64,000 bases of DNA, from NCBI GenBank assembly GCA_028023455.1, contig JAQFVV010000010.1, forward strand, positions 16,616,001-16,680,000. Direction: 5' to 3'. Below are positions 40,401 to 52,950 of the stretch, in pieces. The position numbers and the translations under genes are program-made. Numbering within the stretch: position 1 is the stretch's first letter; each line of letters starts with the position of its first letter. The notes beneath the pieces are model-generated. The model worked only from the letters and a program-made list of their open reading frames with translations. It made no database searches and was not told the origin of the DNA. This stretch comes from Epiperipatus broadwayi. Taxonomy: Eukaryota > Animalia > Onychophora.

Positions 40401-41806
40401 ATAATCAGATTGTAATTAGTTTAAATATAGATAATACATTATAAATATATTTTTATCTTCCAAATCCTTTTAACATTCTTAAAAGTTTTAACTGTAAATT
40501 AGATTTTAGCATTGTTTGAAACTTCTTATAATCTACAGTAATGTGTTGTCATGTTCATTCTTTCTGCATATAAAAACAATTCAACTGTTGGTAAAAAAAA
40601 AATGAAAGTGAATTTTTTAAATTGAATTCTAATTAAAGCTTTTGAAAGTTTTCCATTCAATACATGGATACTTTATCCCTGATCTGTTTATAATTTCATT
40701 CCAATTATATTTTTATTCCTTTCTGAAACTTTAAATGCCATATTTAGTATCTATTTATTAGTGCATCTAAGAACTCAGCTTACACAAATTTATTGCATCT
40801 TATTTTATTATCATTATTTTATAACAATACAATTCCAGCTTCTTATTTTTTATCACATTTATTTAATACTTTCCACATTATGTAAAATTATCTGTTTTCA
40901 TGTCTTTGGTGTGTTTCTAATAGAGTAAATATTTATCATCTTTTCTTAATAGTATTTTTATTTTTCTTCCAATTTTTCAGCCTTTTTTTCTACGTGCACA
41001 TTTAAAACAATAAACTTGAAATACCCTTTATCAACATTCTTGTACTTCATATTTTTGTATACTTTTATTAATTTTGTTTGTCCATTTTTAAATCCAATAA
41101 CTTCACTCACATTATATTTTGTAGTATCAATGATGTCATTAAAATAGTTTCTCTTTAGAAGAAATTAGGAATTTCTATGTATGGGCCAGCCTGATTCATA
41201 TTTTTCTTCTCCCATCTCATTTTAGCAAAAGCTTATTCATTAATTTTCTTAATCTATCATCACATTATACATTTTTATTGTAAAGGCTTCAATAAAGACA
41301 AAAGTCACAAAATCTCTATTTCTTTCATTTCCTTTATTTTTCAATATCTCATATTCTTTGTACAACTTATCTTGTTCCTCTTTCAGCATACTACATTTAA
41401 AAATAAATTTTTCAATACTTCTTCCCCCATACTCTGCCTCCACCTCCACAAAAACTACATCTACAGTCCAAATTCTTGTTTGATTTTTTGTCTTTTTCTC
41501 TGGTTCCTTTCTCATGTTATCATACATTCTTTCATAATTCAAATATTTTTAAATTTTATAAAAATGTAAACTATTTTTTGATTCATATTCATTTTATATA
41601 ACTCCATTTCTTTTCTAACCAATATATATATATCCTCTTTATCCATCATAAATATTTACCTACAATATATTTTCTATACATTTATCCTATTTGTTTTGTA
41701 AATATATAGAAACAAATTTTTTGTTTTCTCCACATAACACAATCAAACACTATTAATTACCAATCTGTTTACATTTATATATATATAATTAATAAAACAA
41801 GTCATA

Positions 41807-42204
41807 AATTTTGTAACTTGCTTTTAAGCTTGCATTTAATTATCACTAGATGGAGCTTACCAATAGCTCTAATCAAGCTTTATTTTAAAAGTGCCGAAAG
41901 AGAAAGAATTCAAAATCTCTATCGGAAAGTCCCTATCTCCAGACCAATTGGTTCCAAGCTTGTGGCTCAATTCAGTGGAGCACTGGGACTCTAGAAACTA
42001 GATCTAAAATACTAACTCAAAAGTCAGAACTTATAAAACACGTTACTATCAATTTGAAAGCTTGAATTTTTTAGACATGTAAATGTCTTCAAATCTAGCC
42101 TTACAAACCAGATAGCTATATGGGTCGGAATTCAGCTCAGTTTGACCATATAGTAATAGCCTCTGCAATATAGCATCGCAAAAGCCTTCAAAGATACACT
42201 TATA
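41807..42204 (-). mobile_element. ~400-bp diverged hammerhead-bearing element (family C-related) with 22-bp TSD
   Basis: Flanked by ataattaataaaacaagtcata at 41785-41806 and 42205-42226. The minus strand 41980-41937 reads CTCCA-ctgaatt-GAGC-cacaa-GCTT-gga-ACCAATTGGT-C-TGGAG. Confidence 0.7.
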
Positions 42205-42279
42205 ATAATTAATAAAACAAGTCATATATATATATTATAATTCATTGTCTGTATTTCTTCAAATAAATGTACGTAATCT

Positions 42280-42640
42280 TATAATTGAATATTTATAAAT
42301 ATAGTAATTAGATATATGTAAAGTATAACTTTAGAAATTTAGACACTTAGGAACACTTTCGACTATCCTATCCTGTAGTCTTTGTCAACTAACACTTTGA
42401 AAGACTAATTGAAAATATTGCAAATTGAAAAAAATAACAGCAAAAGGAAAATAAAGGAAGCTATGTTAATATACAAATACAAACAAGACTTAATCACAGA
42501 ATTATGGGAAGGTTAGCCTTTCAAAGTGTTAGTTGACAAATACTACAAGGATAGTCGAAAGTGCTCCTAAGTGGATAAATTTTTAAAGTTATACTTTACA
42601 TATATCTAATTACTGTATTTATAAATATTCAATTATAAAA
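42280..42640. repeat. Inverted repeat with a decayed hammerhead in each arm
   Basis: Plus arm: ttag-TTGACAA (42533)...tagtc-GAAA (42557)-gtgc-TC-ctaa. The left arm is the reverse complement at ~42345-42400. Confidence 0.7.
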
Positions 42641-43749
42641 TACATATATGTATATCATAAGAAAACAGTCACCACTTAGACAATCCCAATATCAGTTACA
42701 ATCAACAATCTCAAACAGTTGTCAAGACAACCTCCTTTTAACAATAAAGGTGGAATCCTACCTTTATTTATGGTTCAATATATTTATATAGACACTAAAG
42801 TATGCAACTTTATCACAGAGATTAAAATTATTGATACAAAGAAGTTTAAATAAATCTTAAACAGGTAAATATAATCTGCTTTGAATGCAGACTAATAAAC
42901 AATCAATTATAACATTACAAACTGCAATTATAATTTTCAAATTACATCCAAAGTATTACTTAAATAATAAGTGTAACAATGCTCAAGTCTAAATGGGTTT
43001 ATAAGTAATCATTAGAAACCAGTCACCATTTAGACAATGCCAATATCAATTACAATCAAAAATCTCAAACTGTTATCAATGCAACCTCCTTTTAACAATA
43101 TTGTGATTTTCCAAGTATATTTAACTTCTCATAATAATAAAAAAATCTACTTTATTCCTTTTGAAAAACTTTGTTTGATATCAATATTTTACCACCCAAG
43201 GTATACTTAGCAATTTCATTTTATATCAAAAACATGAGTTTCTTAGATAAGACAAAGAATTTCATTTATTATAAAGTAGATGCCATAAATTTCTTTCAAA
43301 ATTAATCTTTATAACATATATTTATAAGAAACATGATAAATTTTTAATTAATCCCATCCTATTATTTGATTTTCTTTTCAATATTAATCTCAACTATCTA
43401 TATAATTCTTTTTTCCTTTTAACAAAGAATTCCACTTCTGCAAGAAAAATATAACTCATTTTTTCATCTTTCAGTTTCCATTTGATATTAATATTTTGTT
43501 TTTTTCCTTCTCTGAATTAAATTTTATACTTCTTTCTACCTTTACATTCTTCTCTAATAATAACTTCATATTTTTTATAGTGTCATCGAAAAATGTCACG
43601 TCACAAAAAGAGAGCCATTATATAAGGTATTTCCATACCTATTCTTGTTTCCAACCAATTTAACTTTCACTGCCTCTATGTTATCTAAATATTAATTGTA
43701 TATTCTTATGTTTCTCCTTTTACTTTCTTTGCATTTCTTCATATATTCA

Positions 43750-43960
43750 TATATATTGCTTACAATACCTCCCCTCATATACACTTCAATGCAAACATTT
43801 TTTTTAATGATTCCTTTATTTTCCTGACAGTTTCAACTATCCTGCAGTCTTCATCAGCTCTGACTGCAGGGCAGTCAAAGCTGTCAGGAAAATAAAGGAA
43901 TCATTAAAAAAAATTTGCATTGAAGTGTATATGAGGGAAGTTATTGTAAGCAATATATAT
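43750..43960. repeat. Inverted repeat centred on a hammerhead core
   Basis: Arms of ~80-100 bp. The minus strand 43857-43826 reads CTGATGA-a-GACTG-cagga-TAGTT-GAAA-ctg-TC. Confidence 0.75.
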
Positions 43961-43979
43961 AATTATTAATTGGAAAAAG

Positions 43980-45560
43980 AATCCATATAAACATCCTTAA
44001 TCATTTATAACAAAAGACTATTTCCACATTTTCAATATTTTTTTCACAATCAGTTCTTATTCAGCTCATTGCAAGCTTTTTTTATATTAAAAATATAATT
44101 AATTTTGGTTTATTTTTCTTTTAATACTTTAATAAACTGGATAACAATTACAAATTATGTCATACCTGGCCCTCTGAATGAAATCCTCAAGATTTTATTT
44201 TCTTTTATACAAATCATAGCTTTATACACTAGTAGACAAATATTATTTATGGAAGTTTTTGCTACAGGTCTATAACTATTTAATAATTTAACATGTTTTT
44301 TCTTTCCTTTTTTACTATAATTAATTTATCTTGCTCTTTCATTTACCTGGAATCTTACTATTATCTATAATTTAATTAAAGCTTTCTTTTAAATCAACTT
44401 GTCCACATCTTGCCATTTCTACTGCTATTTAAGCTGTCATATTATTCAATCATCTTGTTTTTCTTCTTTATCTAATGCTTTACTCATTTATACATCTGTG
44501 TCTTTATCAATTTTTTAATGAATTAAGGTCTCAAAAAATCATAATCACTTTCCTAACTATCTTTCATCCCAAAACTTTGTTAGAAATCCTTGAAATATTT
44601 TGTAAGTTTCTTTTCTACGCTCATATTCTCTTTCCTCTGCATTTATTAATATAACATTCTTTCTTGTCCTTTTTCCATTCTTTATATATTTTCAAAAATG
44701 TTCACAAATTTACTTTCTTGCACTATTATTTTTTTCAGTTAACTTTTTAATAAGTTCACCCTATTTCAATTATATTGTAGCTTTTATTTCCTTCAAATAG
44801 CTATTTCATCTAACCTTTACTCGACTTCTCCATTTGGTTCTTAACAATCTTTTTTATACTTTCTACATGTCTTTTTTATATATTATTTAAATAATTTATT
44901 TCTTTACTATTCTAAATAAGAACTTATTTGTAACTTTCTTCATAATATTTGTTTTAATCATAAATTTTAAACTCTCAATATTCCATGATTCTATCTAAAT
45001 TATTAAATCTATTAAATTTAAACTCAATACATATTTTCCAGCCATTCCTGTCAATCTTTGTAAGTTTTAATATCTTTCTTTTAAATATTTGTAATTCCTG
45101 TTTATTAAATACTTTATTTAATTTTTTTTTTTTAAGAAAACAACACATAATCAACAATGTACATTACCTTTTGTCTTTACTATGTAAACACATCATATAT
45201 TTTTCTGAAATTTCCCATTTTTAATCTATCGTTTTTAACAATACCTCTTTCATATTCTCCATTTTATACATTACTGTATATGATCATTAACATCATATAA
45301 ATCGATATTTTACAATTTACTTTTTCTAAACTCATCTATATTAATTAAGTATATATCTTCAAATCCTTACTTTCCATTCTTAACATCCAATAGCTAAATA
45401 TGGTATGCCATTTCATTTTTAACCAAATCAATCTAACCACAAATTGTTTTTTCCAATTTCTAAAGTGCTTTTTAATACCCTCCCCCCCCTCTTTATAGTC
45501 GTCACATCTATTTTTTGCCATTCGTTGTACTACTACTAACAAATTATTTTTTCTTATACA
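43980..45560 (-). mobile_element. Highly degraded CR1/Jockey-like LINE (endonuclease/RT remnant)
   Basis: The minus strand is A-rich with scattered motif remnants: NSYRPVAKTS (~NYRPISLTS) near 44260-44290, GFHSEG..HNL (~GFRxGRS..NL) near 44150-44190 and NIKKA (~DFxKAFD) near 44070. Many stops. Confidence 0.5.
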
Positions 45561-45899
45561 ACCTCTTCCAACGTTCTCTACATATTAATATCTCTACTTC
45601 CTTGTATATTTGTTGAGTATTCAGCTGAGGCTGACTACCAACAATTATAAAATTATCCAAAACGTTATTAAATACGAATAAATACATTTATTAACATATC
45701 ACATATATAAACATCAATTAAGATTTTACTAAATAACGATCCACAGTTACTTTATATACACATTAACAATTAGTCCTTGATTTAAAGTTCTAAATCTTCC
45801 ATGCTATAATCGCCACCAAAAAAATAAATACTGCCATTACAATAGTGGTGGTCCCAAGTGGATACTAAAAGTTTATACTCACAGTATTTAAAACACAAT

Positions 45900-46600
45900 C
45901 CTAATTGGGCCTTCTCAGGCGTAAATAAATAATAAAAGATTGGCAAGGTCTGTAAACATTTTTCCTAGCCGGCTTTCTTTCACTTTCAGAGGCACGGGCT
46001 CTGGAACACTTCCAACGTTGCAGAAAAGTCTAGGGCACTTTTCCCTCAACTTTTCTCAAAAGTCCTTATGACAGCAACACACAACAGCACGCGTTGAGTG
46101 GAGAAAAGCTGACGACGCACGCTCTTTTTTGCGCGCATTACTTATACTGTTTTCTCCTTGCTCGATATCATTTTAAAAATTCCTATCATTCCAATGTATT
46201 GTAAATCCATTTGACTAATGAATCTTTACAATAACGATAAGGATCCAGCTTCTAAATTATGTTCGTTCGCATTTCTCAGTTATTAGCTCCAAATATTTAT
46301 TCCATTTGTTTTCTCCTAAAATAGTTTAATGGTTTAATTTTAACAATATACAGTTGTTGTTTTTTTGGTATTTTAAATCCACGAGTATTATATCCGGCCT
46401 TCTACATAATCATTTGCATTATCTTTCCGCAATCTTTTATAGAATGCTTTTAACTTACAATCTTTATCTTTTTAAGTCTAATTTATCTGCAAACCAATCT
46501 TTCTTTGTTGAATTAGTTTCCTTTATTTTACAAAATTTATTTTTCATTACTTTTTTTAAAAACGTGCATATCTATTTACATTTACGTTTCCATTAATTAT
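45900..46600. promoter_or_regulatory. CpG-retaining region upstream of SRD5A exon 1, candidate promoter / first-exon region
   Basis: Locally high GC with many CpGs (gcacgcgttg, gacgacgcacgc, gcgcgc) in an otherwise CpG-depleted window, just 5' of the SRD5A coding start. Confidence 0.4.
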
Positions 46601-46844
46601 TAGCGATCTTTTTATTGCTTTTTAAATTAGATAAGTAGTTACATTTTATTACTATTTTTTCTCTGAAGTAAAACTTAACTTTATAACTTAGAGTCAGGAA
46701 TCTTTCAGCAACTATGGCCAAAGAAACCTGTTAACCATTTCATCTTCCATTCCCCACTCTAAATTTTCCCGTATTCTGCTCCATCCCATTTCCCCAACAT
46801 AATCTTTGTTACATATTTTAGTGCTGCCCCCTATAGGAAACAAA

Positions 46845-47230
46845 ATGCTTTTAGATACTAAGTCCATTATTTTTATCTGTTATCTCTTTACATTTGTGAC
46901 TGTTATTATGGGTTCTTTATTTAGTAGAACAGTTTCTGATACTCAGATTCAAATATTAAATTATTCTTTTTCGGAATTGTTTGTTATAGATGCTATAGCT
47001 ACTTCAATGATTGTGCTTGGCGGACTAGTGTTAGTCGCTCCGCAATCAAAATATGGTCGGTATTCCACAACGTTGGGATTTATGATTCCTGCTAGGATTG
47101 CTTGGTTTATTCAAGAGAGTCCTTCACTCCTGGTACCTTTATATATTTTGTATAAAACAGAAGGACGTTATTTTAGCAATGTGGTTAACAAAATACTGCT
47201 AGGACAGTTTTTATTTCATTATTTTCAAAG
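46845..47230 (+). CDS. SRD5A1: 3-oxo-5-alpha-steroid 4-dehydrogenase (SRD5A1/2-like), coding exon 1
   Basis: Encodes SKYGRYS...PARIAWFIQESPSLL...FHYFQR, with the YGR motif and the catalytic Glu and Tyr positions of SRD5A. It ends in a phase-2 donor CAAAG|GTAAAA at 47230/47231. The start codon is uncertain (ATG 46845 or ATG 46908). Confidence 0.9.
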
Positions 47231-48879
47231 GTAAAAAGTTTTACATTATTAAATATAATATTGAAAACTGGTTAATTAACATTATTAATTAATAAATGTA
47301 AACGTGGATCTTCTAAAATTGATGGATGTTTTCCTTTCATTTGTTTTTTCTTAAAAAAAAAAAAAAAAATGAGTTAACGCATTTAAATCGTAAGAATTAC
47401 TTCTAAACATCCCGCAGAAAAAAAAGTTTCAACATTAATTTCTGTTTTAGATTTTAAAAAATTTGGTTATAATTTAATGATATTGTTTGCAGAAGATTAA
47501 AAAAATAATAATAATATGTACACTGCTTTGCATGTAGACTTTTTTTAAAAATGTTTTAAAACAATATTTGTTCGTAATTAATATATCTTTTTATAAAGTG
47601 CCAATTGATGCTACTTGCTAAACAATTTGACCTTAATTTTTTTTCATTTAGTAATCCAAATTTCTGTTAAATTTAGTTCGCGTACTTTATTCATATAAAT
47701 TTTTAATTATGGTAATTATTGTATTTATATCTGTAAAATTGCAGATGAATTCACGAGTGACAAAATTTTTTATACTTTCATTTGCACTCACAAATTAGCA
47801 TCTTATGCGTGCGTGTATATTTATATATTTACACATACCCAAGGGCTAGCTGTAATGCATTTAGGCCCTTTTTTAGTTAAAAAAATTAAATGTTGAAAAA
47901 GATATAAAGATTATTTATTTGCTCAAGTTGGAAATATGTAAAAATTATATTAAGAAATTAAAATCTGTTTTCTAAAATATGGAAAATTTCCCAACTTTTT
48001 ATTAAAATAATTGTCAAAAATATTAAATATATTTATAAAACAGTATAATCAATTAAAAATGTTGAATTTCAACTATGTGATAATAATATTAAATTTAGGC
48101 AGTATAAAATATGTAGTAAGACCGGCAACAAAAAAAATGAAAAATTTGTTAAAAATACAAGGTTAGAAATGTGTATACACTTAAAAACTATATTTCATAA
48201 TCTTAAACTAGGCATCATGTATTAATATCTACATATTTTAAAATTATTTAAATATTAATTTGCATGTTAAGTGCTCTGCGTGAAGGTTGCTTAAATAACT
48301 AGGTAATAAACCATAACATTTGATCATCATTATAGATGTCATTTATACCATAATCTTTGGTGTAGTCTTTAATATTAGATCTGTGAGTTTTTTTTTATTG
48401 AGTTTTCCCAGCACATCATCTATTTACTGTATATAAATATATTTTTATTTCTTTCATTATTCTATTCTTTTGAATATTAATAAATTTTCTACATAATTTT
48501 TGTATGATTATTATATCATGGTTGAGTTAAATTGTTGATTCAACTATTAAATTTGTAGTAATTTTTTAATGTTTAAATAAAATCACTATTATAAGAAACT
48601 GATGAAATCAAGTATTTTATTATTTAAATGAGAAATTTCAAAGGTCACTGATATCCTTAATATATATTGTGTATGATTATTGGAAATGTCAAATTTGTGT
48701 AACTTTAATGATATTTGTTCATATATCCAAAAATATTGATTTGATTATAATGCAATTGCAAATATTATAATTATAATTCTTATAACACACACATACAAAT
48801 CAGAGACAACTTTAATTAAATTAAAAATGGTATTATAACTAAAAACTATTCATTCCATCTTCTCTCAGCTATATTAAAA

Positions 48880-49900
48880 ATATCAAGGTATTCTACTTTA
48901 AATTTTTGTATGCTACTTAGCATAGAAATTTGACTTAGAAGTTACTTAGCTTATTTTCCAGCATATGAGAGCTAATAGGTATGATATACAAATTATCAAA
49001 TGTGTTAATCATTTGCCAGTGAGTTGCAAGAGTAGTAAAGATAAAGTGAATATAAAGAAATCACCTAATAGGTTAAGCTTCATTTAAATGGAACCATAAC
49101 ATGTCAAATTTAGTGTTGTTATAACATATCCAAGAAACCCAAAACAATTATGAGACTTCTTGTCAACTGTATTAGTAGTTAGATGCAATTCAGAGAGGCA
49201 TGCTCTATGAACTGAGATACAATTTCTTGGTTTAAGTGACAATGTCAACTCCTGCATCAGATTGCTAGAATTAAACACATTAGTCAACAGAAGTTGCAGA
49301 AAGGTGCCAAAAGTGAATGTAGAGGGACTGATGCAGACATTTCCCATCATTCAGTATTTAATTAACAAGAATGCAAAGGGTATTTAATTATGGATAGTAG
49401 ATCTTTCATCATTTATGAGGAATCCCAAATTAATAGAGAGACATTAGAAACTTTTAGTTGCCATATTTTATTGGTATTACAATATTTGTGGATTGTAGAA
49501 CTATTTAGGTATCAGAAAATTGTCATATCTAAATTTAGCATGATTTGGTGAACTGATTCAGCTACTTCTATTAATGGTGCATTCCCGTATAAATTAGAGG
49601 GTTACTGATACTTTGATGATATATAAATGAAATTTTACAGCAATATTAATGTTTTTTTTTTGTTTTTTTTGAAGGATAACAAGAATCATTTTCCAAAAGC
49701 TATCTTCCATCACTATTGTTTCTGTAAGAAATGCCATTGCATTCTTGGCTTTTCATCATCTGAATTCCATACTAAGCTTATTTGGATATCGTAATAGTTT
49801 ATGTCTGTAAATATTCCTTGAACATCCACACTATTTTTGAATTATAGAATCATGTAATTAGTGATCGATCATACATACTTCAAAATATTAAAATAAATTT
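48880..49900 (-). mobile_element. Degraded Penelope-like RT remnant (SRD5A intron 1)
   Basis: Scattered motif remnants on the minus strand: MKSQECNGI (~KxDKGNGV), PSNLYG (~PxLYGLPK), QSLY (~SLYT), FLGYVI (~FLDVxI). Many stops and frameshifts. Confidence 0.45.
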
Positions 49901-50400
49901 TTATACCTTACTACAAAAGTCCAGAAAATTGATACATTTATTGATTGTTGATTTTAGTTGCCAGCTACTTGTTTGATATAACTAGGATTGCATTCCAGAT
50001 GTAATTATTAGATTCATCCCTCTTTGCCATTTTTAAAAAAAAAATTGTGGAAAAATTCCAGCAAAAAAAGGAGGTTATTTCAGTTTTCTTTGGAAATATA
50101 CCAACAGAATTTCACATGATTTTCCTGGGTTATTTGCATACTTTCCGGAGCATTTCTCTTCATTCTCCTCAAAATATATTTTTAGTCGTAGATAAAATTA
50201 CTATTTTATAATGATTTACTTCATTTATGCCTTATTGCTTGAATGAAAAATAATTATAATACTTGCTTAAATATGTAAATTCTGTATTGGCACCATATTT
50301 ATATTTTCAAGATTGCTGTCTAGCTTTGGCATGATAGTGTCATTGATTCAATTGTCATTATTAATGGGCAGTGATATAAATAGAATTAAGGAAAACTATA

Positions 50401-50764
50401 TCATCATCATCAACCATTATCAACACACTGCAGGATGAAGGTCTCTCCAAGTTCAATCCATCTTCTCTGATCTTTAGCTTTTCTTCTCCACATCACCTCG
50501 GCACACTTTCTTATTTCATCCATCCATCTCACATGTGGTCTCTTTCTGGGTCTTTTACAATCTCTTGGAATCCAGTTTAATATTTCAGTTGTCCATCTAT
50601 TATCATCTCCTCTAGCAATATGTCCAGCTCAACTCCAGTCTTTTAATTTTTTCAATGAGGTCAGTAACACCTGTTTGTTGTCTTACCCATATATTGTGTT
50701 TTTGATCTCTTCTTGTTACTCCCAACATGCCTCACTCCATACTTCTTTGAGTGGTCTGAAGTCC
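50401..50764 (-). mobile_element. RTE-clade LINE 3' end (SRD5A intron 1)
   Basis: Reverse complement of the 25680-26040 sequence, with a (TCA)n tail on the plus strand. Confidence 0.85.
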
Positions 50765-50828
50765 ACTATATATGTATATATGAAAACTATATATAGAGCT
50801 CACAAAACAAGCTCTTAACAAGCTTTGA

Positions 50829-50891
50829 GAATATCATCAACCCCAGACCGGTTTTTGCTTCTGGCATCGTCAGTGAGGTGCCAGGATATTC
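50829..50891 (-). ncRNA. Minimal type I hammerhead motif with G12-to-A change (SRD5A intron 1, antisense)
   Basis: Minus strand: GAATATC-ctggca-CCTCA-CTGACGA-TGC-cagaa-GCA-aaa-ACCGGT-C-TGGGG-ttgat-GATATTC. Stem I has a perfect 7-bp distal helix. Confidence 0.75.
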
Positions 50892-52287
50892 ATTAGATTA
50901 AAAATACTAGGACAAGCCCAGCACTTTATCTAATGTATAAATTGAGAAGAAAATCTGAAATTTTCAGACATCCATTTGTCTAAAAATCCAGCTATCTAAC
51001 TCAAATAGCTACATATATATATATATGTATTTTCACACTTATTCACAAGCCAAGTAAATCTGAATACATCACAATTCATAAGTCAGGATTCTAAAAAAAT
51101 CATTTTTAATAAATTTGTAAACAGTGCCCATTTTCTCATACTAGTTGGTCTCTCAATAAGTTTATATATTTTCTCATCATTGCACAATTAATAGCCATGA
51201 TTTATTAAAATTATTAGAATTGTATTTTCACATATAAATTTTTAATAATATATTTAAAACTTAAAATTTTTTGTTTTTAAATTTGATCCACCGATTAACA
51301 TTAAGACATATGGTCTCAATATATCAAAAAGTCCACTTTTTTTAAAAAAGTTATTTCATTTTATAAGCAAAATTATACTTTCGTAATATGTGTAATTTTA
51401 TTTTTATCATATGCAACAACAATAAAAATATAACGGTAATTAGCTATTATATACAATCTTTTAACCTGCAGAAATACGATGGCCATATTGTATGTTTGAA
51501 ATGTTGATTAATATGAAAGTATAAAATGATTTGTGAAATAAAACAAATTTTAAAGAAAATGTTGATTATTTGATATAATATTAAAGAGCAATATGTATTA
51601 TAAGTTTTAATTATGTTTTTGTAGTATAAATTGCTAAAAGTGGTAAATTATATTTTTATTCCATAAATTAATAAAAAATAAAACAATATATAAATATTTA
51701 TTGTATTTAATATAAAAAAATTAATATTCTTAAAATATTTATTATAATGTGTTATGTCCAATTTTTTTTTTTAAAAAAAAAAAACTTTATTAAAGTTTTA
51801 TATGTGTGTAGTAAGTTTTATACAAATTGTATAAAAATCTTAGTGTTCTAATAATTTTAATAAACTCTTAAATAATTTTACCGCTTCTCAAATAAATACT
51901 GATGATAATGTAGATCTATTCACAGAATAGTCAAATCCAAAAATTTTACTAAGATAATTTATAAAGCACATTCCTAAAGAATCATTTAAATAAACTTATA
52001 AAAAATGACCAATTGCTTTGATGACATAAGAATTTCAATTTGCATATGTTTTTTATTTTTTTGTTGCTGTTATTACTGCAAATTGTATGTAACATATGAG
52101 ATTGTCTTGAATTGCTGTTGCTATAAATAATTGTCTTAGATTTATGAACAAACTATAATACTCTTTATATAATAAACTATTTTTTCTATGTTTTCTTCCT
52201 TTCATCATCAAATAATATATTATCAAATTTAAATGTATTTTATTTTCAATTCTACCATCAATAAAATAGCTTTTTTTTTTTTTGCAG

Positions 52288-52454
52288 AACTTTTGTTTTT
52301 TCATATTTAGTTCGTGGAGGAAAGCCATCTCCTTTAAGAATTGTTCTGTCAGCCATATTATTTTGTGCATGTAATGGATATGTTCAAGCTCGCTTTATAA
52401 CCCAATTTGCAGAATATCCACAAAACTGGATTACATCTCCAAGGTTTCTTCTAG
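52288..52454 (+). CDS. SRD5A1: SRD5A-like coding exon 2 (167 nt)
   Basis: Acceptor poly-T-gcag| at 52287 and donor G|GTGAAT at 52455. Translates in phase with exon 1 as (R)TFVFSYLVRGGKPSPLRIVLSAILFCACNGYVQARFITQFAEYPQNWITSPRFLL(G), matching vertebrate SRD5A1 exon 2. Not in the ORF track. Confidence 0.92.
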
Positions 52455-52950
52455 GTGAATCAGATAATACTGTTTATAGAATATCCTTTTTTTATTAACC
52501 AAAAAGTTTCCTTCAAAAAAATTCTTAATATTCCTATAAGGCAATTATTATTTGATTAATGACAAACTATCATCAAAACTAATCAATGATTTGCCTAGAA
52601 ATTCTTTGGAGTCAATAAACTTGCTTTCTAAGAAAAATAAATTTATAGGATAAAGATGTCATTATTTAAATTTAATATATATATATGATTGTGATAGCAT
52701 AATTTATTTTTGCTTTTAAAAGAGATTTATTTACATAAGAAAAATCTTAGGTTTTATGTTAGGAATATCATTGCTTTAAAATTTATTGATGATTAAAATA
52801 GCATCACATAATGAAAGTAATAATACAAAAACCTGAGCTATCACCCAAAAATTGCAAGAAACTTATTAAGCATGAGATGGTATATTGGTTCTAGATAAGC
52901 TGCAGAAATAATTATCAATGAAACATGGACTTTTAAACCTATTGAATGTT

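Noticed and set aside
48950-48985. ttttccag-catatgagagctaatag-gtatga as an SRD5A micro-exon
   Set aside because: Exon 1 (phase 2) joins exon 2 at 52288 directly in frame with no missing residues, and the segment lies in a PLE remnant.
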